Part shown: positions 13,356 to 27,404 of the stretch, piece after piece | How the letters are laid out: the number at the start of each line of letters is the position of its first letter | How positions within the stretch are numbered: the stretch's first letter is position 1 | Assembly: GCA_010093815.1 (NCBI GenBank) | Contig: ML996565.1 | Length of the DNA stretch: 64,000 nucleotides | Direction: 5' to 3' (one strand) | DNA from: Pseudovirgaria hyperparasitica | Taxonomy: Eukaryota | The notes under the pieces: generated by a model | Seen by the model: the letters and a program-made list of their open reading frames with translations, nothing else | Told to the model about the DNA's origin: nothing | Databases searched by the model: none | Program-made: the position numbers and the translations under genes

Positions 13356-16300
13356 ATGACGATGGTCAGTGATCCGAGTTCCTCCGCGGCCTCAGCCCCG
13401 GAGCACGAGGGACACGAGCAACAACATGCCAAGTCTGAGAAGAAAGTCTCACTTCCTAAAAGGATGTGGACGAGCTTGGATTTGGATCTGCCAACGGTAT
13501 TGATCATGGCAAAGTACGAATGCTGCTGTGGAAGTTTACACACGTAACTAATATTGATACAGGGGTGCCTTGCCACCTGCTATTGTTCTGGGAATGTAAT
13601 GAATGCCAGCATCAATGCCTTCATCTGATACTAACGGATAACAGGCTTCAGGCTAATGTCATTATTACCGAATTTAATACCCTTGGGTACTTGGTCGCCA
13701 TTGCCTCTGTCCTGGGGATGTGCATCTTACCTCGCGCCAAGTTTCTGCAATTTATGATAACAAATGTGGTCATGATTTGCGTGGGTGCGGCGGTGGTTCT
13801 CCTGGAGATATATTGTTCTGTAAAAGCAAGACAGCACACTGCACCACCTCCAACATCTGCGAAGCCCACTTACAATTCCTCAGCATCGGCTGTGTGCGCC
13901 ATATGGCTCTTCTTCATGACATGGTTAATCAATACCATAAGAGCCAAACACCCGCAATCTGCACTACCGACTGTCCTTGTCAGCATTTTCGTCGATGTTG
14001 CTTCGATCTACGGTGCCAATTTCACGACTATGACCCAAGGGATCACATTCACTAAACGTTTGCTCGAATCCTTTCTATTGGGTTTCGCCATAGCGACTGG
14101 TGTCTCACTGTTCATCATTCCGGTTACATCTAGGTCTGTCGTATTCAAGGAGCTTACTGGGTACATTGGACTGCTTCGAGCGACTCTGCAAGGCCATTCA
14201 GCTTATTTTGAGAGTCTGCGGAACGGGGACTGGCTCTCATTCGAAATGGCCGATGGGCAGAAGCAAGGAAAGGGGCTACACAACAAAGCAGCGAGAGATA
14301 TTCAGACCACACTAAACAAACTTACGGAGCTACATGGCAAAGTGGTAGGTGACCTGCCTTTTGCCAAATCCGAATTTGCCATTGGCTACCTAGGAGGTGA
14401 TGACATTGGCAACCTGTTTAAACTTCTAAGGATGACACTTTTGCCAATGACAGGCCTTTCATCTATTGCCGACGTGTTCAGCCGTCTGGCTGATCTAAAC
14501 AATCTGAATACATTCCGTGCCGGCATAGGTATGGAATCTGTCAACGAGGAGCAACGTCACACAATGATCAAGGAGTGGCAGGAAGTCATGAATACAGTAC
14601 AGCCTACCTTCCAATCCATTATCGATGTGATGGATGAAGGTCTGCAGCATGTGCTGTACACGTTGAAACTTGCAAAGCCTCCAAAGAAGACAGGCAGTGC
14701 TTCAGACTCCAACGATGTGGAGAAGAAGGCGGTACCGAGTCCAGGGGATGAAGGTTTCTCGGACTATCTCCAATTGAAGAGCCAGGAGTTCTACGAAGGG
14801 AAAGAAGTGGCCCTGCGGACGTGGTGCGAGGACAAAGGCATACAATTGAGCGCTGATTTCTTCCACCACAAACACGATCCATTAGCCCAGGACCTGCTGA
14901 ATGAAACTGCCAGCCAAGACTCGATCCTGCAACGCAATCAACGACAATTGTTCATTTTGCTCTATATGGAGTTCCTACTCTACAATATCAGTCAAACTAT
15001 CTTGGATCTTACGAGATGGGCAGATGGACGAGTGGCCAGTGGCAAATTGTCAAAGAGAAGATTGATTTGGCCCAATATGAAGCGACTCCGTAAATGGTTC
15101 AAGAGCGCCTTCGGTCACCAAGAGGACAGCGACGCCCATAGACTTGAGGACGGGGCAGGATTAGGGAAGACTTACGACCTAGGTTCAGCCTACAATAACA
15201 AGAGGGATCCGGAACATCTACCGCCCTCGACATCTTTCCAGAAATTCGGTAATTTGATCAGGTCTATCCCCAAGTTTCTACGTTCGTCTGAAGCTTCATT
15301 CGGATTTCGAGTTGCGTGTGCTACCATGTCTGTTGGTATCGTAGCGTTCCTGCACGATACGCAGAGCTTCTTCAACAAGCAGCGATTGGTGTGGGCAATG
15401 ATCATGATAGCAATCAGCATGAATCCGACATCTGGTGCTAGTGTGTTCAACTTCGTTCTACGCGTGGTTGGTACCTTCTTAGCTGTGGTCGCCTGCTTCG
15501 TTGCTTATTACATTGTTGATGGTCACACTGCTGGCATAATCGTCTTCGCATGGGTTTTCATCACCATGTTCTTCTACATCGTGTTGAAACAACCGCGATT
15601 CCTCATCATCGGCCTCATCTCGATTGTCACCGTCGTTCTCGTTCTAGGATATGAGCTCGACTCTCGCAAACTAGGCCGAGCAGCATCTGAAGCCACTGGA
15701 CAGCCTTACTATCCTATCTACGAACTTGCCCCTTACCGCTTGGCTTGCGTAGCTGGAGGACTGTTCGTCGCTTTCATCTGGAACTTCTTCCCCTATCCAA
15801 TCACCGAGTACTCGGCTCTCCGTAGCAGTCTAGGAGGCTCTCTCTACCTCCTAGCAAACTACTACTCTATCGTCCACGAGACAGTCAAAGTCCGCCTGCA
15901 CGATGCCGAGGGCGATGCGGGGGACAAGAACAGCCCAGGTCGGAGACTCGAGAAAGAGCGCTTGCGGGTCTTCTCCAAGCAGATGATGATGTTCACGCAG
16001 ATGCGGACAATATCAGATTTTACGAAATGGGAGGTCCCGATCGGAGGCCGTTTCCCGAAGGATACATACGACTCCATCATCCAAAGCGCGCAAAAGTAAG
16101 CACCCTGCACAATTCTCCCTCGGATCATGCATACTTACATTAAATCACAGTATACATAACTACAGCTCCCTAATCTCATTCGCCTCCCGCACGTATTCCG
16201 CCCCTAGTCCTTCCTCTTCCTCGCCCGACAATTCGACCGAATGGGTCTCCGACTTCCGCCGGCTGACAGCATCGATTCGCCCAACATCACACGCCATAAC

Positions 16301-16631
16301 ATCCACTCTCTCACTGCTCTCCGCATCCGTAACCAACGGCCTGCCTCTCCCGCCCTACATGACCGTCCCACACCCGTACGCCCTCGCCAAGCAGCTCGAA
16401 GAACTCGACCGCGACATCCTCAGCGTACGCCACGTCGCAGAGCCCGGATACGCTGCGTTCGCGGTGATTCAGATCAGTGCGAGGTGTCTAGTGGAGGACT
16501 TGGAGAGACTGCTAAGGGGAGTCAGAGAATTGGTCGGAGAGTTGGATTTCAGCTTTCATGTCGTGAGTACGGGAGATGCGGGCAGCAGTGAGGAGACGTT
16601 GGTAAAGGCGGACAGGGAGAAGGCTGATTGA
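13356..16631 (+). CDS. Aromatic acid exporter (ArAE)/FUSC-like multi-pass membrane transporter; exons 13356-13513, 13563-13595, 13645-16095, 16151-16631
   Basis: KGALPP..., TLGYLVAI, PRAKF, DPEHLPP, FGFRVACAT, RLVWAMIM, YELAPYRLA, WE..IGGRFP and EPGYAAFAV motifs. Two transmembrane clusters. Introns restore the frame. Confidence 0.9.
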
Positions 16632-17369
16632 GGAATTATGATGGCGGTAATATATGGCTACTAATTGCGATGCTAAGCGCATTGATGGCTCCATGGACAC
16701 AAGGGCTGAGAAGATAGAACTTGCATTAATACGGCGAAACGTGAGGTGAGGTGTACGCGACGTCGACCTTGGTCCCCGCGCACGCATTGTATCCCGTTAT
16801 TCTCCGTAGGTCCTGTACTGTATAAACAACGACGTCGATCACGACGGTCTCTCCATTTCCCTGTCCTTGACATTCCTCTGACACTTCACAGCATCAAGCA
16901 AGCTAATTCCCCATATCTACTACTCAATGCCATATCCATGCATATCACAGCGCAATCCAAATTCCATGCACGACCTAGAGTCCCCAACCTCCATGAGCTC
17001 ACAGCCATCACCCCTCTCAACGACATCCACGACCATCCGAAGAACCAAGCCCTAGTGTTCCAAAATATACAAGTTTCAATCCCCAGCCAACATACAGTAT
17101 TTTAACGCGCATTACCAACCCCTCACAACATAAATAAACATATGTTCTGCCTCTTCCTCTTCCAATCTTCCCCAATTTCCATCAGAATTGGTATACTTGA
17201 GCAAACTCGACAACCCCCTAAAACCAACAAAACATCGATTCTCTTTCACCTTAGCCCAAGCAATCCCTTCCAGACCACATTCTCCCCACATATACATCAT
17301 CGTCTTAAATTTCCCCCCTCCCTCATATCCCAGCCCCCTTCCCCAAAACCTTCCACTCTCCTCGCCAAT

Positions 17370-18416
17370 ATGTCCGAACCCCAGCACCCCGACCCCCAAC
17401 TAAACACCTCCCCCTCCCAAACACGCACGAAAGAAGAAATCACCTGCGCCCTCCACCACGCCGAAACAATTCTAGCCCGCCTAGCAGCAATGCAGCCAAG
17501 CGTGGAGGCAATGAACGTAAGGTCCCAGTACGAGGTCTGGAAGGTGAAGCATTCGATGCTGCGGCGGCAAGCAGGACTGCGAAAGGAGCTGCAGACGCAA
17601 CACCAAGAGTTCTACGAGAGCAGTGAGAGGTACGATATAAATCAGCAGGAACAAGGGCGGGAAGTTACAAGTAAGGCAGACGCTCATAAAACGGCTATCA
17701 AACAGCCAAATCCCCTATTCCACGCCCATGCACAGCACGGGAATATGAAGACCGGGGGACACAGACATGAATACACAACCCACCACACACATATTCCCGC
17801 ACAGCAAGCACAGCAAGAAGCCACCGAGAACCCAGCAGAGCCTCGAAAAAACACTATCAATCAGCCAAATCCCCGACTCCACACCCACACCCAGCACGCA
17901 AAAACTGCTACCAAGCAGCCAAACCCCAGATCTCACACGCCCACGCAGGCCATCCCACACGCACCATCACCACCACACCGCCTCCCCCGGCCACACATCC
18001 CATTCGCCGAGTGCTGCCCGTACCCAGCTATGTATTCCGCTACCACGCGGGTGTGCAACAGCCCGCCTAGCCCGCCTCTTGTTAGCCATCCTCCACCTCC
18101 CCTGCCTCCTCGTGCTTGTTCTGCGGCTACGGCATCAGCGGCTCCTGTAGCTACAGTACCAGATATAGCTGCGGTGCCGGCAGACGCGGTCACGGAGACG
18201 GGGTGTTTGGGTAGTGGTGTGGTGCGTAGCGAGGAGGACAGCGGGTGGATGTGTGTGCCTGTGTGGCGGGATGTGGAGGAGGATGTCGAGGAGGAAGGGG
18301 ATGAGGAGGAGGGGGAGTCGTCGGATTTTTTGTATGAGGTTGGGGGTGAGGAGGTTGGGAGTGAGGGGGGAAGTGAGAGTGAGAGTGGGGAGGAGGAGGG
18401 ATGGGAGATTCTGTGA
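17370..18416 (+). CDS. Orphan low-complexity protein with three 18-aa repeats, a Pro-rich middle and an acidic tail
   Basis: Open frame 17142-18416 with a plausible ATG at 17370. In-frame repeats K(T/N)x(I/T)xQPNPxxHxxxQ. No recognisable family. Confidence 0.5.
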   Translation: MSEPQHPDPQLNTSPSQTRTKEEITCALHHAETILARLAAMQPSVEAMNVRSQYEVWKVKHSMLRRQAGLRKELQTQHQEFYESSERYDINQQEQGREVTSKADAHKTAIKQPNPLFHAHAQHGNMKTGGHRHEYTTHHTHIPAQQAQQEATENPAEPRKNTINQPNPRLHTHTQHAKTATKQPNPRSHTPTQAIPHAPSPPHRLPRPHIPFAECCPYPAMYSATTRVCNSPPSPPLVSHPPPPLPPRACSAATASAAPVATVPDIAAVPADAVTETGCLGSGVVRSEEDSGWMCVPVWRDVEEDVEEEGDEEEGESSDFLYEVGGEEVGSEGGSESESGEEEGWEIL

Positions 18417-19239
18417 GGGGGGGAGGGCTTGAGGTAGATAGTGCAAGCCAGTGTCTGTCTTATCTGACATGGATGTCTCTTAGATCTTTTCTTATGATGC
18501 GTGATATATCCTGATTTCCTCTGTTGGATATGCTTTTTATTTTCATGTCTGTATGTAACGCAGATTCCTTCCAAGCTCTTAGGATACCGCATTTTCAGTA
18601 TCATGTTGACCTCTACGCGAATCTCCCTCGAGGCTACATCATAGATCATAGCAGTCGTGTATGTCGTTCTTTATCAGTCACAGCAAGCCTGGTAGATGCA
18701 TGAAGAGAAATGTTCACCGAAACCAAACAAGACAAGACATCATCATGGTATGAGAACGTCAAACTTCTCTTATTCCTATCTTTTGCTATACGCGCCGTCT
18801 CCCACTTACCAAGAGACAGCGCAACTCGTCTTCACAAAAGTCCTCTGACTTCCTTGCCGTCGATAGTGCTTCTAACAGCACTCGACACTAGGCTTTCACG
18901 CTTCAGAAGAGCCCTGGGCGTCCGTCCGCGTATGTAATACAAGATTAAACAAAAGGAAACTAGTATGTCAGCCAGACGGCCAAGCGAAGTTGAAATACTC
19001 CAGAAAACGCATGTACCTGCGGCCAATAAACGTGGCACTGTGGTAAGTATGCAAAAGAACCAGCACAAGCCAACTCCAAAGACTCCCCTCTTCCCCTTTA
19101 TAAAATGCAGCCAAACCCCGTAAGATGTGTTCGTAGCGTCGTGCTAGGTATGCGAAAAGAGCGCAAGGCCACAAGAAGATGACAGAAAGAAAATAAGACC
19201 GCATGGTGCTTAATCGACAAATGAGAGTATCCAGCGTGA

Positions 19240-20544
19240 CTACAATCGATGTGGCTCTGATGACGGAGCGGTAGACGCGTCGCTGGTATTTTTGCTGGCG
19301 CTGCGCGATTTCTGCTCTTCCTTGCGCTTGACCAAAAGACTCTTGAAAGCTCCAAGCCACCGGAACAGACCATCCTCGTCTGTCGCACAGCAGCGATAGT
19401 TTCGCTCTTCAGATATGATCTGCATGCAATGGATCTTAGTCTTCGAGACAGGATCAATCTCGACAACGTCTGTGATGTTGTGAAACGGGACGATCAGGTT
19501 TGCGCTGTACTCGCTTTGGTCTTTGTAAAAGGCCAATGTTTTTGCACGTAAGACCACCCAGAGCTTCTTCCATTGCCGTACGCCTCGTTTTGATTTGAGG
19601 AGATAAAGCCAGCCCTGGCAGACTACGCGTTCAGAATCCATACGCGGTGCATGTTGATTGCTGGGTTTGCGTTGTGTCGTATTCGAGGTATTGGATACGC
19701 CATATACGGCCTGTGCTTTTGTATTTGGTGATTGTGCGTTGTTGGGGTTGGAAAGGGAAAGATTAGATTCAATAACGCCCCCGGGACCTGCAGTGTCTGA
19801 AAAGTCTGAATAAGAGCCTTGCTCGTTGCCAGAGTAGTTTGCCGTATACGAAGCGTTCCTAGGATTGGAGTATCCTGTGCGCTGTGGTATAGGTATTGGC
19901 TGTCGCGAACTGGACCGCATGTCCTCTGACGAACTCGACACGATCCCTGCAGTCGATCTTTCGAAGCCTTGAAATGCATCCTTCTGGCCGGTTGGACTTG
20001 TGAGAATCATGTCCTCTTCGTCTTCGTCAATGCGAGCTTCTGTGCGTACCAGCTCCACCCAGTCTTGTGCCTCCTTCTCAGTCTTGGCAGCAAGGTGGAA
20101 GTTCCGTGATGGGGTGAAGAGCGCGAACACGTACTCATTCTTGCCCTTAGGGTCCTTCTGGCGAGCAACGGCAGTCAGCTCACTCAAATTGATCTGATGT
20201 CGAAGCTTCGTGGCGTCGGCATCTTTGTAGAGGGAGAGGACGTTCGGGCGGAGGACAATGTATATGGTTTTCCAGCTCTGCCCTGATTAGTCTGCATCGA
20301 AGCGCAAATAGCCATCTCGACAGACCTTTGTTCTTCGGGTCCTTTTCAATATCTGACCCTGCTTTAGCACTCGGTCAAAGTCGAAGCTGCCGTTCTGATT
20401 GACTGGCGAGAAGACTTGAAGACCATGCATTCCAGGTTGTGCCGGTATCTGGTCTTGAGGAGGCGGTAGTTTCATGTCGAGGTAAGGTACGCGTCTTGCG
20501 ACGTCTCGGTCGTTTGATTTAGAAGCAGTAGCTGAGGTAGCCAT
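19240..20544 (-). CDS. OPY1: Dual PH-domain protein, Opy1-like; exons 20544-20326, 20277-19240
   Basis: FSPVNQNGSFDFDRVLK.G..LKRTRRTK|SWK..YIVLRPN.LSLYK (PH1) and QGWLY.LKSKRGVRQWKKLWVVLR (PH2). Confidence 0.85.
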
Positions 20545-21688
20545 ACTCGCGACTGGTAGGGCAGACAGCAGGCCGGTAAAATTATCCAAAAAGTGTGTGA
20601 GCGAGTTGAAGAGATGGTGGAATCCAAGAACGTGTAGGCTACCGAATCATAGTCGCATCGAACTCGCAGAGCTCTGTGAAAGGGTATCTGGGAAGAGGAT
20701 ACTGTGATATTACTTTTGTCGCCTGACGAGTTAGCAAGTATAAGAGAGAAAAGGAGAAGAAGCACAGAAAAGGCGTGTTAAGACGATGGGGAAAGCGTGG
20801 AACGTGGAGCGAGTATGTTAAGGATAGAGGTGAAACTGTAAAGCGCCCACCACCACGAATGGGAAAGTGGAGCTGGGATGGACACGGCGGACAGTGTGCA
20901 GTGGCACTCGAGTTTGGCGGCACGGGCGCAGAATGAGGGGCAGGCAAGGGGCTCCTTGGTCCCCAAATCAAGGGTTTTTGGCGCTCTCTCAGGGCTTAGG
21001 CACGCACCGGTCACGGGCCATGGATTCATTAACTTGGGATCCATCAACTTTGCTTCACACTTCGCGTCTTGGCCACACCCACCACTGAACCACTCCTCAT
21101 CTCACTTCGTGCCCTTCCAGCCTTGATCGCGATCTCTGTTAGGGTCTATCTGGTTCTGCACCCTCGACTTGCTTGCCTTAGCACAATGACCGGCTTGTTG
21201 TCTCTTTCGTCGTCCACTGCTTCTTCTACAACGCAGATTCACGATGGCACGAGCACAGCACATCCTCAAACACTCTCTCGACACTACAAGCATGACACGA
21301 CTCCTGCTTGACATATCTTCTCCGTGGTCGAGTTGTGCAAACGCGTTGCTAGGATGCCGCTGTAGAGGAAAAGCCACACATCATTTGCTGCCAGCCTGCT
21401 CAGTGCACCTCTGTTCAGAACGTTCGCGCAATGCGAATACTTCAATTCGTCGTGAACTGTACGTAGTTAGGACAATACCAGCTCCTGGCTGCGTATCAGA
21501 CTTCACTTCTCTAGACTCCGTCTGTATGCATGCATGCAATCATCCGCCATCGAGACACTGCCTTGTATCTACAGCGTCATAAGGTCATTTGCTTCGCTAG
21601 GATTTTTTGCCCCCGACCGCCACGCTCCTCATCATGCTCATTTTACAACATGCCATCATCATACGCCAAAATCATGTGCTGTCAAAAC

Positions 21689-24600
21689 TCAATTCACAAT
21701 GCCGATGCCGCTGGACGGATTCGCTTCTGGTGCTAGACTCCCTTCGATGCGACGTTTGGCCTCTTGCTTCTCTTCGTTTGTTGGGTTGGCTTTGCGCATA
21801 TCTGGCGTATGCGGTGCGCGCTCTGGGCTGTGTCCTACTGACATGCCAACACGGATCTACGAATTATCAGTCTTGTCCCCTCAAGACAGGCATCAGAAGC
21901 ACATACCAAAGTCTCCAGGGCCCCATTCGAGTTCTCGACCATGTCCTCATCCCAGACCATCTGACCTGGCTCAAAGAGCAACAGGATAGTACTCCCACCT
22001 AAATCACTCAGCAATGTCCATGTGCCTATCCACTTACTTTTTGTCACTCACCAAATTTAAAGTAGCCAAGCTCCTCAGCACGACTGACTTTCTCGCCCGC
22101 TTTACGTGTAATGACAGTGCTTCCGACCATCATAGCCCCAACACAGATCACCATTACTCTGCCATGTGTGACTGAGTCTATCGGCACGCAGACACGTACG
22201 TTTTCACCATAGACATCCAATGCAGACCGGATGGCCATTGGGTTGACCGTGTAGTACTCTCCTTCGATAAGCTTCGGCTCGTCCATCACTCCGTCCACTG
22301 GTATATGGAATCGGTGATAGTCTTGTGGAGCCAGCCGGAAGATACCCAGCGCGCCACCTTGGAAGCGTTTCACGTCATCGGGGTATGCATTCCCGAGTAA
22401 ACGTTCAACTGTGAACTCTCGGCCTTTGACCCAGATGTTCTGCGCAATTTCTAGCGTATTGAACACCACCGAGCGACAGTCAGCTGGCGATACGATGACT
22501 TGTGGATCATCAGGTGCCGAGCAAGGACGCGCGTTTGGCTTCAGTGCGCGGTAGAAGAATTCGTTGAAGCTCTTGAACTGCTCCGTCGGTAGCAGTACTT
22601 CGGACATGTCCAACTGGTGAAAGTTGATGAAACCCTGAATCTGTGCAGTAGACGCTGGGTCGTCGTACTTTTTACCTTGCTTGATACTGAGAGACTTCAA
22701 AAGCTTGCGGACTACACCAAATTAGTCTCTCCTCGTTCTGCAAAATGCCCCGACTTACTTCGATTCTTCTCCATAGTACTTGATTTGAAACCCTTGTACA
22801 ACAGACGTATTCCGAGTCTTACGTACACACCCATGCGTTCCTCATTGATCTGACCTGTAATTCGGTCTTGAACCAAGATGTTGGCCGAGTTAGCGCCAAG
22901 TTTGTATCCGCCGTAGGTGATCTTTGAAACGACTTTCGAGTACCATTTACGCTGAGCCTGGCTTGAAGTCACGAAGCCGGCCATGACAATGTTGTTCACT
23001 TGCCTCCAGTCTTGACTTGCACAAGTTGCAACATGTGTGATAATGTCAGCGTCGGATTTTTTGTTCAAGCGAGGCTGGTGACAGATCGGACACTCCCGAA
23101 TCTCAATGACATGCTCTTCACCCTTGTCGTCTGCTAGATCGTCTCTCGACAGATGAGCACCTTCTTCGCCTGGCGTACCAAGTGGTGGTTGTTCAATAGC
23201 AGGAATAACAGAAGTCGTTGATCTGTTGTTGAGAGGGGTCTGCGTTCCGGATGGCGTGAGTGTGCCAGGTGTATCGTCAGCATCCGTACTCGAGCTGGCT
23301 GTGAGACTCCGCATCATACTGCTTGACAACGAATGTGCCGTTGGCTCCCGCGTCTTGTTAAGTTGGTCTTCCAAGCAGATGACTGCTTGATCAAACGTCA
23401 TCTGCGGTCCTTCAGGCCCGTCTTGACCAGCAAACCTCGAGAAGAAACCGTCGATAGTGGACTCATGCAAAGTAGAGCCCAGATTGTCCAGCATAGTGGT
23501 GAGCTCAATTTTGTCAATCATGCCACTGTCGTCGGCATCGTACTGTTTGAGCATCGCTCTCCAGAACTGTTGTCGTAGTGCAAGGTAGGGTAAGTACTTA
23601 GCACGAATGTACAGGACTGGTGAGTGTTTGGACTCCCACTTGTCTTTGTTCTTCATCTCTATCGGAATGGTAAAGCTTCTGAGTTCTGTGTCGTCGGCGG
23701 CTTGAGGGCTCACGTTGATCGCAGGAATACCACTGTTGCCGACCGTAGTATCACTCGAAGGTGCTACTTGAGGCACACTTAAAGAGGACGAAGTGCTCGT
23801 AGCGGAAGCTGTGGCGACTTGGTCTGAAGGCAAAGCGTTCGACAAGTTTTGTGACTTGAGCGGTGCTTTTCCTAGTTTGTACAAGCTATTGGCGGAGGTC
23901 GAGCGAGATATCGGCAGACGGAATCTAGATTTTTTGTTTTCCGCATTCAATGGAGGCGAGTCAGATGGCTGTGGTAGCTTATACAGACCAGTCGACTGGT
24001 CGGCCTCAGGCGAGACAGACAGGGCTTTCTCCATAGGAAAGTCAGCTTTGCCTATGAAGTCATTACCGGAAAATTTGTCCTTGTCAATGACGGTAAAGTT
24101 GAGTGAGTATGTCTTTTCGTGTTTTAGGACTTGGAATACCAGTTTCTCCTCGAAGACGGGATTCAAGTTATGGCGAATTACGCGTGTGCGATAGGTCTTT
24201 CTGCCCAGCGATGTGACAACGAAAGGATCCATATCGAAGGAAGTCCTCGTCACTGCACGGGGGTTAGATTTATGCTATTTCTTGCGATTGGGGAACTTAC
24301 TATTCTTCTCGGGGGGCAGATCTGTAATCTTCACGACCTCGAGGAACAGAACACCGGCGACCTCAGATTTGTCCGAGAACTCGTATCCTCGAAGAGTGGC
24401 CTTTCTCTTCAGATTTCTCATTCTCAGTCTGCGCTTCCTCTTCTCCACATCCTCTTTCTTATCGTCATCAATCTCGGAGCTGCTATCCTCTTTATCCTCA
24501 TCGCGCTCGCCGAGACTTGACATGCGATCGAGCGAATCTTCCTCCTCATCCCCGGGGCTCATGATGATGAAGCTCCTGAACTTCTCAAGAGTCTGGGCAG

Positions 24601-25326
24601 CAGACGAAGAAGGATTTTGTGTATCAACTAGGGTGAACTGTATGAGGACTTCGCCGGTCACAACGCTCTTCTTCTTGCCAGTCTTGCGGGACTCTAGTTT
24701 GTACCATTTTTGCTGCGAGTAGGTCAGGAAAGGGCCATCTCACACGGTGAATGGACGGGTTCGCTCATGTACCTCTGCAATTGTGGCCTCGCTGCTGAAG
24801 ATCTCCTCCAATGAGATATCAAACTCTCCCATGTAGTCTTTTCCAAACCGATCCTTATCCCAGCATACTGCCTCGAGCAGCAGGCTTTGGACTCCCACAA
24901 TGGGAAGGTCAAAGGTCTGGTTCCATTCAGGGTTCAGAGTCTTGCTAATAACGGGAGTGGCTTCTTTGGCATCGCCGAGAGTGAGGACGAGGTACTATAT
25001 GGAGGGTATTCAGAATCGCTCTTCCATGTCGAGACTGAAGATCACATACTGGGTCACTTGTACCACTCTTGTCCTTCGCTGCAAGGTCGCGAGCCTGTCG
25101 ACACAGTGTCAGTCTTCAAGCAGACGAGATACAGCAGAGAATCATGAATCACCTTGATGACAGTGGTCCGCAGCACCAATCCAGTATGTTTGATGTCAGC
25201 CATGCGGGCTTTTGGACTCTGACTTCGGCTTGAAGGACCGCTGGGAGGGTTAGAAGCAGTGCTGCCGTTGAAGCTCTTGAGTCGATTAGGCAGACTAATG
25301 CGCGAGGCAAGCGTAGGTCGAGGCAT
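21689..25326 (-). CDS. PSD2: Phosphatidylserine decarboxylase 2 (C2 domains, EF-hand, PS decarboxylase domain), multi-exon
   Basis: ARDLAAKDKSGTSDP and DMDPFVV (C2 domains), DADDSGMID (EF-hand), SPADCR, FRLAPQDYHRFH and the spliced FKFG|GST autocleavage motif. Last exon IRVGMSVG...GIVN*. Confidence 0.95.
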
Positions 25327-26411
25327 AGTGAATGGAAAGCTCGGCAGGGTAACGAGCGAGGAGAGGTCAAGCTATCCAATCGCACGCGGCGTAATCGTCG
25401 TCATCCACCCCGAGGGGATCGACCGGGCGGGTGTGTGTTGACTGGCGTCAGGGTACAACTTGGGAAGTGAAGGGCACGTCCCTGAAAGTCCGGATTACAG
25501 GCACACGTAAACACTGCTTGGTGCCTGATCAACCAATATGGATGCGGTAAACAGGACCAGCGACTTTTGGTGGTGGGGGAGGGGGGCAGACTTGGCTAGA
25601 GGTTTGAGTAGGTACCAAAGTTCGAGAAAGGCCAAGAAGTCGACTGAAGGACAATACAGCAACACTCGAGCAGGTACGATAAAGGGAGATATATATATGT
25701 GTATGTGTTTGTGTGCGTATGTGAGAGAGAGATACAAGATGTGTTAGGGATGAGAGAGCGACGAGAAGTAAGAGGCACAGGAAAATAGGACTCGTGTAAT
25801 ATGGCGGAGACAAAGCAGCAGCACGCACTGTTGGTATAACTGAATGAAAATGATCCACAGACCTGGGAGGGAACCCCCATCACCAGAAGAAGAAGTTGGC
25901 GGCGCGGGGGCTGAATTGCGCTCTTTCGCTAGCTACAGTACAGCTGGCGACCTGGGACCTTCTCCTGCCCACAACCACAACCGCGCCTCCAGTCACCACA
26001 AAACTCACTTCGCATCATCCGGGATGACCTGGCCTGGATGATCTGAGACATTTAATTTCTTCTCCTCATATCTTCTCGGTCGTCTATTGATTAATACTAC
26101 ATCCATGTCTCCATTCCGTTGACGCACGGCTGTGGATGTCCGTGGGATGGCGATGCTGCGTCCGACTTGAAGTCTACTATGAGCAGAATTGTATTCTCTA
26201 TATATGATTCTACTGCCCTTCAAGACTTCTATCCTGCTGAAGCAACGGATACGCAATGCTGATCCATGCCGGTCTCTCGTATTCCGTGTTGCTGTCGTCC
26301 GTATAGGGCTGATTCCGACGAAAAATGAATAACGCCAGACACCTGTCATCCCAATGCCGCTAAAAATACATTACAACATACATGTACGATAAAACATCTG
26401 AACATGACACC

Positions 26412-27404
26412 TCAGGCTGCTGGAGCTGCTGCGACCAGCTCTGGCTTTTCCATGGCCGTCTCGCTGAAAATGTTGGGCCAGACAAACATCTTCTCCTTGC
26501 CAGGTGACATGGCAGCGAAGACTGGGACCGCCTTGCTGCTGGAAGCCCGTCTCCACATGTTCGCACGTGGGTTGAACTTTGCTGGCATGCCTTCGCCCTT
26601 TGTTCTCTCCTCATCAGCCTTGGCGATCGCTGTCAGCTCGCGCTGGATGTCGGCAAACGTGTCGAACGGGATGTAGTCGAGTTTGTTCTCGATGCAGTAC
26701 TCTTCAAGCCTCAGTCCACGACGAGCGAACAGAACGTCGGCGTTTCGTGCAGCTGGCAGGTCACTGACACCGTCACCGATGAAGACGATCAATGGCACCG
26801 TACCGTTCTCGCAAGCCATCGTGACGGCTGCGCGTGCGTCCTTCATGGAGATGGCCTTGTCGTGTCCCTTTTCGTTGTCGTGAAGCCATTCCACTTTCCA
26901 GTCGCGTCCGTCTTCCGAGATGTGCGCGTCGTTGGCAACAATGTCAATGTGCTGCGAATCTTCCTCGCCGAGGAAATGGTCTAGCACACGGCGAAGTACA
27001 GGCTTCAGACCAGCCGAGATGACGTTGAATGGGATGTCGTTATCAAGGCAGAACTGGTGGAACTCCATGAAGTCGGGGTCAATCTCAAGTGCATCTTTCA
27101 TGACTTCAAAGCCGTCCTCGAATGGCACGTTCAGAGAACCCCACATCTCTTCCGAGACATCGCGGAAAGTGCGCTCTCCGCTGTTGATCTGCCTATCGAG
27201 AATCTCACGACGTTCGCTACCGCAGCCAAAGGCGTTGAAGAGAATGTGACCAGTGTCTTGCATGAAGATGGTCCCGTCAAAGTCGGAGAAGCACACAATC
27301 TTTCTTCGAACCCCCATGTAGGAGTTGTTCTGTCTGAGAGCAGGACGAGGCATCTTGAGCTCTTTGACCTCATGTGCAGGGGGTGTGATAGCAGAAGGAG
27401 CCAT
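26412..27404 (-). CDS. HAD phosphatase, MtnX/yeast Pyp1 (YNL010W)-like, intronless
   Basis: FSDFDGTI, VISAG, GHDKA and IGDGVSDLPAA..ADVLFA motifs. Confidence 0.88.
   Translation of the reverse strand: MAPSAITPPAHEVKELKMPRPALRQNNSYMGVRRKIVCFSDFDGTIFMQDTGHILFNAFGCGSERREILDRQINSGERTFRDVSEEMWGSLNVPFEDGFEVMKDALEIDPDFMEFHQFCLDNDIPFNVISAGLKPVLRRVLDHFLGEEDSQHIDIVANDAHISEDGRDWKVEWLHDNEKGHDKAISMKDARAAVTMACENGTVPLIVFIGDGVSDLPAARNADVLFARRGLRLEEYCIENKLDYIPFDTFADIQRELTAIAKADEERTKGEGMPAKFNPRANMWRRASSSKAVPVFAAMSPGKEKMFVWPNIFSETAMEKPELVAAAPAA

Noticed and set aside
18832..19360. Hydrophobic small ORFs downstream of the OPY1-like gene
   Set aside because: Non-ATG starts, overlap with the OPY1 3' end and UTR, no motifs.
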